31,175 nt of DNA from Minisyncoccota bacterium (GCA_035628455.1 DASPJT010000063.1:1-31175), one strand, 5' to 3'; shown: positions 17,212 to 25,055, counted from the first letter of the stretch. A program made the numbers and translations. The notes: generated by a model from the sequence alone, not told the origin.

Positions 17212-18455
17212 GAAGGGCGTTTTAGGGCGAGCACGCGCTCGTAGCCTTCTATGAGCATCTTCGCAATGTTGTCCCAGGAGAAGAAGCGGGCAGCGGCGAG
17301 AGCGTGCACGGCCTTCTCGCGGAGGCGTTCGGGGTGCTCGATGAGCTCCGTCATGGCGCGCGCGAGGTCCTCTTCGTTCCCGGCTTCCACTAGGAAACCG
17401 GCATCGTGCTCCTCGACAGCCTCGCCGCTGCCGCTCTCGCGGGTGGAGATGACGGGGAGCCCGGTAGCAAAAGCTTCTGCCATAACAGTGGGAGTCGAGC
17501 CGGAGAGCGGCACGAGGCAGAACACGTCCGCAGAGGCATATGCCCCTGGCAGATCGTCATTTGATACGTTGTCGAAGAAGCGTACCTGCTCCGGGTGTGC
17601 GGAGGCTTTCTGCTTCAGCTCATTGATGAAGTCGGGATGCCCGCGGCCCACCAAGAAGAGCTCGCTCTCAGGATGCTTCGCGAGTACAGAGAGGAACGCG
17701 TTCACGAGGTGGAGCGTGCCTTTGCGGCGCGAGATGCTGCCGACGTGGAGGAAGCGCAGGCTCTTTTGAGTGCGCGGAAAGAGCGGCGTCACATCCGGGC
17801 GGAACGTCGCGGTATCGACTCCGTTCGGCACGTAGAGGAGCTCGCTCTCGGGCCGCAGTTCCTTGAGGGTCGGGATGAGGCTCTTGGCGCGCGGGAAAAA
17901 GATGTCCGTGCCTTTCGGGAATTTCTCATTCACACCGATCATCCGGAAGAAGCGGAGGGCGAGACGGGAGGAGAGATCGAAGGAGGGTTTGACGAAACCG
18001 GCTTCCTGCGACTTCTGCTTGTTATCGAGGCGGAGCTCCTCTCCGAACTTGGGATTGTCGTAGTCCCAGGCGGGGTCCGCGCTCATGGCGAAAGCGCGCC
18101 CGAACGTGAAGCGCGCGAAAGGGTCGGGACCGTTCGTGGGGAGGTGGTGGATGACGTCGATGCCCTTGAGGAAGAGGAGGGGGATGGACCAGAAGAAGAT
18201 CTTCAGGAGCTCTCCGGCGTTGAAGTTGAGGAAGTTCTTCTTGGCGAAGGGTATCTGGTAGAGGCGGATGTTCGGGTGAGGGGAGCCGGCGAGGCGCTTC
18301 ATGGAGGTGATGACATGGACCTCAACACCGGCGCGCGCGAGCGCGTTGGTCGTCTCCCACACCACGCGGCCCTCGCCGCCGTAGCGCGGATCTCCGTCCG
18401 TATAGATGTACGTGAGGATGAGGACGCGGAGCTGACGGTCGCGGGAGCTGGTCAT
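17208..18455 (-). CDS. Glycosyltransferase family 4
   Basis: GGEGRV, VPNGVD, FLHVGSISRRKG, AEAFATGLPVIST, FSWDNIA. Confidence 0.9.
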   Translation of the reverse strand: MTSSRDRQLRVLILTYIYTDGDPRYGGEGRVVWETTNALARAGVEVHVITSMKRLAGSPHPNIRLYQIPFAKKNFLNFNAGELLKIFFWSIPLLFLKGIDVIHHLPTNGPDPFARFTFGRAFAMSADPAWDYDNPKFGEELRLDNKQKSQEAGFVKPSFDLSSRLALRFFRMIGVNEKFPKGTDIFFPRAKSLIPTLKELRPESELLYVPNGVDTATFRPDVTPLFPRTQKSLRFLHVGSISRRKGTLHLVNAFLSVLAKHPESELFLVGRGHPDFINELKQKASAHPEQVRFFDNVSNDDLPGAYASADVFCLVPLSGSTPTVMAEAFATGLPVISTRESGSGEAVEEHDAGFLVEAGNEEDLARAMTELIEHPERLREKAVHALAAARFFSWDNIAKMLIEGYERVLALKRPS

Positions 18456-19735
18456 GGGTTTACAGAGGGTTCCGCGATGTCGTCGTTGCGGTCGGTGAAG
18501 TAGAAGTAGGCGGAGAGGAAAGCGCCCATGAAGCGGGAGGCGACGCGGGAGAGCATGAGGCCGAGGAGCCCTGCAAGCGCGATCCCAGCGAGCACTGCGA
18601 GCACCTGGAAGATGCTCATGAATACATTGATGAAATACTGGGCGCGCACGCGGCGCTTGGCGCTCAAATAGAGTCCCATGGGAGCCGCGGCCATAGCGAG
18701 GAAGGAGACAGCGTAGATCTGCGAGAGTAGGACGGCGTCCATGTACTGCGGGTAGATCAAGCGGAAGACGAAGGGCGCGATGAGGATGTAGCCGACCGCC
18801 ATAGCGAGCCCGAGGAGGAAGAAGCGTAAGGTCTTCTGACCCATCCCCTGCCGGAGCTCTTCTGCAGAGCGTTCCGCGAATCTCGGGAACATGAGGGTCG
18901 AGAGCGCCTTAGTCAGGAGCTTCGACTGGGAGGGGAGGGCGAGCGCGAAGGAATAGACGGCGAGGGGTGCTGCGCCTAAGAGCTGGAAAGCGAGTATCTT
19001 GTCCAGGTTGTCCGCGACGTTCGAGATGACGTTCATCAGGGAGAGGTGCTTGCCGTAGGTCATCGCCGTCTGATCCTGCTCGTTCCCCGGGGCGAAGCGG
19101 CTGTTCACATAGAGGTAGAGTCCTGCAGCAGAGACGAGGTTCGCGGCGAAGTAGGCGAGGATGACATGGAGCGCGCTCGAGGACACGGACATCACTAAGA
19201 GGAGGGAAGCAGCGGGCAGGATATTGTTCACCGCGTAATACCCCGCAGTCACCTGGAACGCCTTCTTGCCGTTTAAAAAGGCGGCGGCAAGCGCGGCGCT
19301 CGTGGTGAGCGGCTGGATGAAGGCGATGAGGAAGAGAGAAATACCCAGCGTGCTGTTGCCATTAACAAAGTAGTAGAGGCCGATCACGACCGCGCCGAGG
19401 GATGCGGGGATGCTCCACTTCAGGTTCTTGAAGAAGGCCTGCCGGAGCACACCTTCCTTGCCGCGGGCCACCGCCTCGATGACGGCGGTCTCGAGCCCGG
19501 TGAGGGTGAAGGAGTTTATGGTGGATGCTACCGAGAGCACGTACTTGTAGACGCCGTAGGCGGTCTGCGGCAGGAGGTTTGCGAAGGCGAGCGAGAGGAT
19601 GAAGGAGGTGGCGCCGGAGACGAAGGAGCCGATGGAGAGCCAGAAGCCGCCCTTGGTGAGGTAGAGCATGTCCGTCTTGGTGTACTTCTCGCTCCAGCGC
19701 AGAAGCCGCACCAATCGCTCCCGAAGAGAATTCAT
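18452..19735 (-). CDS. Wzx-like oligosaccharide flippase
   Basis: About 12 TM. ANLLPQTAYGVYKYVLS, DKILAFQLLGAA.LAVYS.A, IYPQY...V.L.QI pattern. Confidence 0.85.
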   Translation of the reverse strand: MNSLRERLVRLLRWSEKYTKTDMLYLTKGGFWLSIGSFVSGATSFILSLAFANLLPQTAYGVYKYVLSVASTINSFTLTGLETAVIEAVARGKEGVLRQAFFKNLKWSIPASLGAVVIGLYYFVNGNSTLGISLFLIAFIQPLTTSAALAAAFLNGKKAFQVTAGYYAVNNILPAASLLLVMSVSSSALHVILAYFAANLVSAAGLYLYVNSRFAPGNEQDQTAMTYGKHLSLMNVISNVADNLDKILAFQLLGAAPLAVYSFALALPSQSKLLTKALSTLMFPRFAERSAEELRQGMGQKTLRFFLLGLAMAVGYILIAPFVFRLIYPQYMDAVLLSQIYAVSFLAMAAAPMGLYLSAKRRVRAQYFINVFMSIFQVLAVLAGIALAGLLGLMLSRVASRFMGAFLSAYFYFTDRNDDIAEPSVNP

Positions 19736-19741
19736 GGGCTT

Positions 19742-19771
19742 ACTTTAGCACCGAATTAGTAAATTTTCCAA
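19742..19771 (-). promoter_or_regulatory. Probable leaderless promoter of the flippase operon
   Basis: Minus strand TTGGAA, 18 nt, TGc-TAAAGT, then 6 nt to ATG 19735. Confidence 0.55.
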
Positions 19772-19827
19772 GCAAATAAAGGGTTTTTAGGTCATTACCT
19801 GAACCGGTCCCAGCCTCCGAAGGGTAC

Positions 19828-19856
19828 TTGACTTATTTATATTATAATGATATACT
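19828..19856 (+). promoter_or_regulatory. Near-consensus sigma70 promoter
   Basis: TTGACT (19828-19833), 17 nt, TGa-TATACT (19851-19856). Confidence 0.8.
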
Positions 19857-19913
19857 AATCACTAGTTGCCGTATTCCGCGGCAAGAGATCTTAGACAAGG
19901 GGGGATTTATCCC

Positions 19914-20519
19914 ATGAATGCACCGATGTCCGTCGTCTCTCAGCGGGTGAACGGTGGTCCCGCTATCCGTTCCTATCTCCTCGATCCGACCCATCCCGGC
20001 GACATTGCGCTCGGCAGCGGCCGTATCGAGAGGGACGAAGACTACGCGATGGTGGTGAAGAACACCATCGTCACCTGCGCCGACGCGATCTTCCTGGCCA
20101 AGGGTCGGGACGGCAAGATCGAGAAGAAGTTCTATCTCGCGCGCCGCGCGGTCGAGCCCATGAAGGGCCTGTGGGTCTTCGGCGGACGCCTCGCCTTCAA
20201 CATCACCTCCCCGCAGGAGGGCCTCGCGCGCGTCATCAAGCGCGAGACGAAGCTCGACATCTCGCCGGAGCGCTTCGAGTTCCACTCGGTCCACATGTAC
20301 ACCTGGGCCAAGGTCGCGCAGGGCGACTTCCCAGGCCGCAACCTCGCGCTGAATCACCTCTGCGTGCTCACGCAGGAGGAGATCGACGCGATCGTCCTCG
20401 ACAAGGAGTACGAGCCCGACTCTTTCCGCGGCTACGCCCGGGACGAGATCGCCGACGAGATCGAGCGCCGCGGCAGCCACGCCATGCTCCTCGACCTCTT
20501 CGATCAGATCCACGGCTAG
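19914..20519 (+). CDS. NUDIX hydrolase, GDP-mannose mannosyl hydrolase (Gmm/WcaH)-like
   Basis: EDYAMVVKNTIVTCADAI...YLARRAVEPMKGLWVFGGR...LARVIKRE parallels Gmm EDFATVVRSTPLVSLD...LGKRTNRPAQGYWFVPGGR. ATG 19914 follows a G-rich SD; TTG 19866 and ATG 19926 are alternatives. Confidence 0.75.
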   Translation: MNAPMSVVSQRVNGGPAIRSYLLDPTHPGDIALGSGRIERDEDYAMVVKNTIVTCADAIFLAKGRDGKIEKKFYLARRAVEPMKGLWVFGGRLAFNITSPQEGLARVIKRETKLDISPERFEFHSVHMYTWAKVAQGDFPGRNLALNHLCVLTQEEIDAIVLDKEYEPDSFRGYARDEIADEIERRGSHAMLLDLFDQIHG

Positions 20520-20558
20520 TACCTCCGCATCTCTCCAGTCTGTTCCCACCTCGACTCC

Positions 20559-20593
20559 CGGCGCCGCCTCACCCGCGGCGCCGTTTTCTTTTT
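20559..20593 (+). terminator. Intrinsic terminator
   Basis: CGGCGCCGC-ctcaccc-GCGGCGCCG followed by TTTTCTTTTT. Confidence 0.85.
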
Positions 20594-20620
20594 CCATAAA
20601 ACGGCGCTAGTATGGGCGCA

Positions 20621-21343
20621 ATGCTGTCGGTCATCATCCCCTGTTTCAACGCCGCCTCCTCTATCGAAGCGCGGATCGGCAAACTCATCGCCTTTCTCGC
20701 CGACCACTTTCCTGCCTTTGAAGTCATCATCGTGGACGACGGGAGCGCGGATGCTACTCCCGAGCGCCTAGTTGCCCTTGAGAAGAAGGACCCGCGGGTG
20801 TACGCGGTTCTGCTCCCAGAGAACCGCGGCAAGGGCGCGGCGGTTGCCGCGGGGGTAGAGAAGAGTCGCGGAGATTTCATCGTCTTCACCGACGCGGACC
20901 TCCCGTATGACCTCGAGGCTATCCCGCGCTTCGTGGATTCTATCCGTAGCGGCTACGACGTGATCCTCGGGAGCCGCTATCTCGCAGGCACGAGCATCGA
21001 GGGTGTCGAGAATCAGACCATTGACCGCACGCTCCTCAGCCGCGTGTTCGTGTTCCTGGCGAACCTGGCGCTCGCGCATCCGGTGTCCGATACCCAGAGC
21101 GGCCTCAAGGGATTCTCCCGCCGCGCGGCACTCGCCATCTTCTCCCGGATCACCGTCTTCCGCTTCGCCTTCGATGTGGAGGCTATCGCGATCGCGCAAG
21201 CGCTCGGCCTCCGCATCAAGGAATCGCCGGTCTCTCTAGTCAGCCAAGGGCGTTCGACCGTACGCCTCGCGCGGGATGGCTTCGAGATGTGCCTCGATCT
21301 CCTGAAGATCTTCCTGCGCTATCGGCTCTCGCTTTTTAAATGA
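20621..21343 (+). CDS. GT2, dolichyl/polyprenyl-phosphate beta-glucosyltransferase-like
   Basis: MLSVIIPCFN, IIVDDGS.D.T, NRGKG.AV, FTDADL, GSR, DTQSGLKGF, FAFDVE. The start is moved from 20612 because TAGTAT (20608-20613) lies 7 nt before ATG 20621. Confidence 0.88.
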   Translation: MLSVIIPCFNAASSIEARIGKLIAFLADHFPAFEVIIVDDGSADATPERLVALEKKDPRVYAVLLPENRGKGAAVAAGVEKSRGDFIVFTDADLPYDLEAIPRFVDSIRSGYDVILGSRYLAGTSIEGVENQTIDRTLLSRVFVFLANLALAHPVSDTQSGLKGFSRRAALAIFSRITVFRFAFDVEAIAIAQALGLRIKESPVSLVSQGRSTVRLARDGFEMCLDLLKIFLRYRLSLFK

Positions 21344-21906
21344 CTATGGAACAGAAGCCGGAATCAAAAGCGCTGGTCGAGATAGTGGAGGCTGCTCCGG
21401 AGGATGTCCGCGGGATGCAAGAGGTCTACCAAGAGACCTGGCTCGATACCTATCCCGATGAAGAAGCGGGTATCACCCGGGAAGACATCGAGGATTTTCA
21501 CAAAGACATCCTTAGCGAGAAAAGGCTCGCTGAAAGGGCTGAACAGGTCGCGCATCCCAAAGAAGGCCATACGATCCTCTTGGCCAAAGAGGGGAGTAAG
21601 GTCGTAGGCGTGTGCTATCTCATCACTTCGGGAGAACAGAACCGGCTCCGCTCCCTTTATGTGCGGCCCGGTTATCAGGGCAAGGGGGTAGGCAGGAAGC
21701 TCTGGGCGGAAGCCAAGAAGCGCCTCGATCCGGGGAAAGAAACGATGGTGTCTGTGGCGACATACAATAAGAAAGCTATCGATTTCTACGAGAAGCTCGG
21801 CTTTCGGGATACCGGAAGGCGCTTTAGCGACGAGCGGTTCCGGATGAAGAGCGGGAATGTCATCCCGCAGATGGAAATGAAGCTCGAAACCCATGAAGAA
21901 CAGTAA
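21340..21906 (+). CDS. GNAT-family N-acetyltransferase
   Basis: LYVRPGYQGKGVGRKL (acetyl-CoA binding Q/RxxGxG) and YNKKAIDFYEKLGF. Confidence 0.92.
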   Translation: MTMEQKPESKALVEIVEAAPEDVRGMQEVYQETWLDTYPDEEAGITREDIEDFHKDILSEKRLAERAEQVAHPKEGHTILLAKEGSKVVGVCYLITSGEQNRLRSLYVRPGYQGKGVGRKLWAEAKKRLDPGKETMVSVATYNKKAIDFYEKLGFRDTGRRFSDERFRMKSGNVIPQMEMKLETHEEQ

Positions 21907-22051
21907 GCACAAGCTTTCCGTCGAGCGCCTCGCGCATTTCCGCTGCGGGAGCTGCGATAAATGGTGGAGCGTCGGGGACGCGCCTCAGTCAAAAAGAGAC
22001 TGGCATTGCCCCTGGTGCGGACTCCACCAAAGAGCGGTAAAATCGAAGTGA
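21893..22051 (+). CDS. 52-aa CxxC...CPxCG metal-binding protein (zinc ribbon/rubredoxin-like), below the ORF-track length cutoff
   Basis: My translation is MKNSKHKLSVERLAHFRCGSCDKWWSVGDAPQSKRDWHCPWCGLHQRAVKSK*. It fills the 21906-22056 gap, overlapping the GNAT end by 14 nt and stopping 4 nt before the next ATG. Confidence 0.8.
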   Translation: MKNSKHKLSVERLAHFRCGSCDKWWSVGDAPQSKRDWHCPWCGLHQRAVKSK

Positions 22052-22055
22052 TCCT

Positions 22056-22841
22056 ATGTATTACGACACCCTCCGCAAGGACCTCTTCGCGGCAATCGAT
22101 TATCCCAAGGACCTGACCGCGCTCATCGGCGAGGCGGAGCCGTGGCGGGGATTCTGCACGCTCCCGCGCGAAATGAAGGAGAGATACTCTTTCCTCAATC
22201 ACCAGCAATACCATGATCCGGGCTACCGTTTCCGCAGCAAGGCTGAGGGAAGGGAGGACAAGGAATATTTCCATCTCTATCCGGATACGTACGAACTGAT
22301 CGCGGCCAACGGGCTTACCGAAGAGGTGCGGTCCGAGAAGAAGCTTTCCGATTTCTTCAGCTATGCGGACAAGACGTATCATGCCGCGCATGAGTTCGCC
22401 ATGCAGATCGGACGGGATATGGGCAGGGAGATCCCGGAGTTAGGCAGGCTTGTCGAGGAAGGCAAGGTGCGCTCCACCCTCCGCTTCCTCCATTACCTCA
22501 ACGGCGACGATACGGATGTCATCGCCGCCCAGCATTTCGACCGCAGCCTCTATACGCTCCACCTCTACGAGAGCGGACCCGGCCTCCAGTTCATGAACTG
22601 GGATATGCAGTGGACGGATGCGCCAATCGACATTGGGAAGACTGTCGTCTTCAGCGGCTACCGCCTGGAGAAGCTGACGGAAGGGAAGATCCAGAAGACC
22701 TGGCACCGAGTCGCGCGCAAGGATGAAGTGAAAGGCCGCGTGTCTATGGTTCTCTTCGTGTGGACGAGGGAAGTGGAGGATTATCCCCGGGAAGCGCGCT
22801 CTCAGGATATGACGCCTTCGTACGCTCCGCTCTCCGCCTAA
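22056..22841 (+). CDS. 2-oxoglutarate/Fe(II)-dependent oxygenase (isopenicillin N synthase-like superfamily)
   Basis: LRFLHY, HFD (HxD), GPGLQ, VVFSG, WHRV (distal His), RVS (RxS 2OG-binding motif). Confidence 0.85.
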   Translation: MYYDTLRKDLFAAIDYPKDLTALIGEAEPWRGFCTLPREMKERYSFLNHQQYHDPGYRFRSKAEGREDKEYFHLYPDTYELIAANGLTEEVRSEKKLSDFFSYADKTYHAAHEFAMQIGRDMGREIPELGRLVEEGKVRSTLRFLHYLNGDDTDVIAAQHFDRSLYTLHLYESGPGLQFMNWDMQWTDAPIDIGKTVVFSGYRLEKLTEGKIQKTWHRVARKDEVKGRVSMVLFVWTREVEDYPREARSQDMTPSYAPLSA

Positions 22842-23260
22842 GCGGACTCCGCGAGCCTCTTCCGGAGCGCGGTGGTGGAGTGCGCGTGATTGCGCTCGTG
22901 GTAATAGATCTCGTCGGCGAATTCCTGGCCGGTTACGATCTTGCCCTTCCAATCGCTCCCGAGGATGCGGATGTGAGGGCCTAAATTCTTGATAGCTTCC
23001 AAAAGCGCGGGCTCGTCGTCGTAGACGAAGATCTCGTCCACGTAGCGCGTGCCCTCGAGCATGATGCGCCGCTCCTCCAAGGTCATGACCGGAGGATTTT
23101 TCTTTTTTCCACGGTAGCTCGCATCCGTGATGGAGGGATCAATCTGAAGGCCCGCGACGAGATAGTCGCACCTGCTCTTGGCGTCCTTCAGCATGAGCAT
23201 GTGGCCCGCATGCAGGAGATCGAACGCGCTTGCGACAAGGCCTTTTTTCAGAGTTTTCAT
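22838..23260 (-). CDS. Cytidylyltransferase-like nucleotidyltransferase (TagD-like HxGH family)
   Basis: SAFDLLHAGH, YLVAGLQ.D, EER, YVDEI, LGSDWKGK, HSTTALR. SD AAGGAGG 7 nt upstream. Confidence 0.88.
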   Translation of the reverse strand: MKTLKKGLVASAFDLLHAGHMLMLKDAKSRCDYLVAGLQIDPSITDASYRGKKKNPPVMTLEERRIMLEGTRYVDEIFVYDDEPALLEAIKNLGPHIRILGSDWKGKIVTGQEFADEIYYHERNHAHSTTALRKRLAESA

Positions 23261-24120
23261 AATTTTTCCTCCTTAATTTCTTGAATATAGTCGGCGAGAG
23301 ACCGCCGCGCAATCCATCCCAAGGCTTCTGATTTTGTTGTATCCAAAAATCCTCCCATACGATTGCCCTTACGCTCGGGGAGCATCTCTATCTCGCCGCC
23401 AAGCATGCGGGCTACGTCTAAGACCGAATATGCTTCTTTGGCGCCCAGGCCGAATTCATCTCCGTTGCCCTTTTCACCTACGAGCAGGAGTCCGTCGACA
23501 ATATCGTCGACGTGAGTAAAATTTCTTTTTTGGGTGCCTGGCGTGACGACAGACAAAGGCTTTCCTTGGAGGAATTTCTGACGAAATATTTCGATTACGG
23601 AACCGTAGATGCCGGAGCGTTCGCCTGGTCCGTAGACGTTGTAGAAATATGTGATCGCGAAAGGCAGCTCGTACCAATCGTGATAATTCCTGACAAGCTC
23701 CGTATTCGACGCCTTTGTCCAGGCGTAAGGACTTTGATCGCGCCCCAGGCCGCCGTCGGCGAATTTCGTAGAGGATCCGGCGTAAATCAGCTTGGGCTTC
23801 TTCTTGCGCCAGAATTCGAGGACTCCGAATGTGCCGGCTTTGTTTAAATCCCAAACGATATCTGGTTCATCAAAGCTTTTCTCCACGCGGGAGTATTCCC
23901 CGAGGTGATAAAGGATGCCGGGTTTTTCGGGTATATGACGTTCTATATCTCTTGTGTGTCCCTCCCGATATTCCACGCCCGCCGCATGGTTCTCACGCGA
24001 TCCGGTAAAGTAATTATCGAGTGAAATGACTTTGTAGCCCGAGGCGAGCAGTCTCTTACAGAGATGTGTACCGATAAAACCAGCACCGCCCGTGACGACA
24101 GCCAGCTCAGCATTAGGCAT
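23257..24120 (-). CDS. NAD-dependent epimerase/dehydratase (extended SDR)
   Basis: VTGGAGFIGTHL, SLDNY, YAGSS, SPYAWTK (YxxxK), FYNVYGP, RNFTHVDDIV. Confidence 0.9.
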   Translation of the reverse strand: MPNAELAVVTGGAGFIGTHLCKRLLASGYKVISLDNYFTGSRENHAAGVEYREGHTRDIERHIPEKPGILYHLGEYSRVEKSFDEPDIVWDLNKAGTFGVLEFWRKKKPKLIYAGSSTKFADGGLGRDQSPYAWTKASNTELVRNYHDWYELPFAITYFYNVYGPGERSGIYGSVIEIFRQKFLQGKPLSVVTPGTQKRNFTHVDDIVDGLLLVGEKGNGDEFGLGAKEAYSVLDVARMLGGEIEMLPERKGNRMGGFLDTTKSEALGWIARRSLADYIQEIKEEKL

Positions 24121-24132
24121 CGAGTGGGAGAG

Positions 24133-24447
24133 TTAGAACGACAGGCGGCCGGAGGCGACCTTGAAGGCGTCCCGCACTACGAAGAGGCAGAGAGCGATCC
24201 CTGCAAGCGTGGCGACCTGCACCAGGAGGGAAGTATTGAGGAAGGCTTCGGTGTGGAAAGCGAGGAGCGCCGGGAGATCGTAGGGCGCCGGCATATTGCG
24301 GAGCACGTGGCGCACCGAGACAGAGAGGGAGATGGTGAATATGGCTGCGAGGAGCCCGAGCGCGCGGAGCCCGAGAGGCGAGAGCGCGAAGCGGAGCGCG
24401 AAGAGCGCGTACACGCGGAGCATGATGCGATTCTTGAGTGTAGACAT
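24133..24447 (-). CDS. Small membrane protein downstream of the ECF sigma factor
   Basis: 104 aa with two to three hydrophobic segments. It starts 5 nt after the sigma stop, in the same orientation. Confidence 0.75.
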   Translation of the reverse strand: MSTLKNRIMLRVYALFALRFALSPLGLRALGLLAAIFTISLSVSVRHVLRNMPAPYDLPALLAFHTEAFLNTSLLVQVATLAGIALCLFVVRDAFKVASGRLSF

Positions 24448-24452
24448 ATGGG

Positions 24453-25049
24453 TTAAGCGAACATGGTGGACCCGTTCATCTTGTCATTGAGCTTCCGGAA
24501 GAGCGCCTTGGCGCGGTGCACCCTCGCCTTGGTCGCGCCGACCGAGATGCCCTCCTCCCGCGCGATCTCTTCCTGGGATTTCTCCTCGAGGAAGAAGCGG
24601 CGGAGGACGGAGGAGAACTGGAGCGGCATCCGGGCGAGGACGGATTCGATGTGATCGCGGTGCTCTTCGCTCACGCGGAAAGCCTCAGACCCGGGATCCG
24701 CGAGCACCGCCTCGAGCTCCTCCGAGAGCCCCACCGCGCCTGCCCGCTTCCGCTTCTGGTAGAAGCTGAGGCAGGTGTTGATGAGTACGGTGTAGGCCCA
24801 GGAGCGGAAGGAGCCCTCGCCCTCCGGGGTGAACTGCGCGGAGCGGCTGTAGAGCTTCACGAAGGTATCCTGCACGGCGTCCTGCGCGTCCTCCTTGTTG
24901 TAGAGGACGCGCTCGGCGCGGCGGAGGAAGGCCTTCTCGTAGCGCGCGACCAGTGTCGCGAAAAGCCACGGGCGGGTGCGGGAGAGGAGGAAGATCTCCT
25001 CGTCCCCGCGCGTATCCTTCGTTGTCTCTAGGGTGTCTTCAAGAAGCAT
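24453..25049 (-). CDS. ECF (sigma70 group IV) RNA polymerase sigma factor
   Basis: Region 2: DAQDAVQDTFVKLY, FRSWAYTVLINTC. Region 4: LARMP..F..VL, SQEEIA...GISVGATKARVHRAK. ATG 25049 (GGAG 8 nt upstream) is preferred over 25103. Confidence 0.9.
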   Translation of the reverse strand: MLLEDTLETTKDTRGDEEIFLLSRTRPWLFATLVARYEKAFLRRAERVLYNKEDAQDAVQDTFVKLYSRSAQFTPEGEGSFRSWAYTVLINTCLSFYQKRKRAGAVGLSEELEAVLADPGSEAFRVSEEHRDHIESVLARMPLQFSSVLRRFFLEEKSQEEIAREEGISVGATKARVHRAKALFRKLNDKMNGSTMFA

Positions 25050-25055
25050 GGTAAT

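Noticed and set aside
19860-19913. Known riboswitch in the NUDIX leader
   Set aside because: Only two small hairpins are present. I recognise no aptamer consensus, and the leader is only about 50 nt.
22838-22841. 4-nt convergent stop overlap between the oxygenase and the cytidylyltransferase
   Set aside because: Short tail-to-tail overlaps are common in compact genomes, and nothing further suggests antisense regulation.
23257-24120. Naming the epimerase galE, rfaD/hldD, fcl or rmd, and the nucleotidyltransferase tagD
   Set aside because: The visible motifs are shared across the extended-SDR and HxGH families, so the substrate cannot be assigned by eye.
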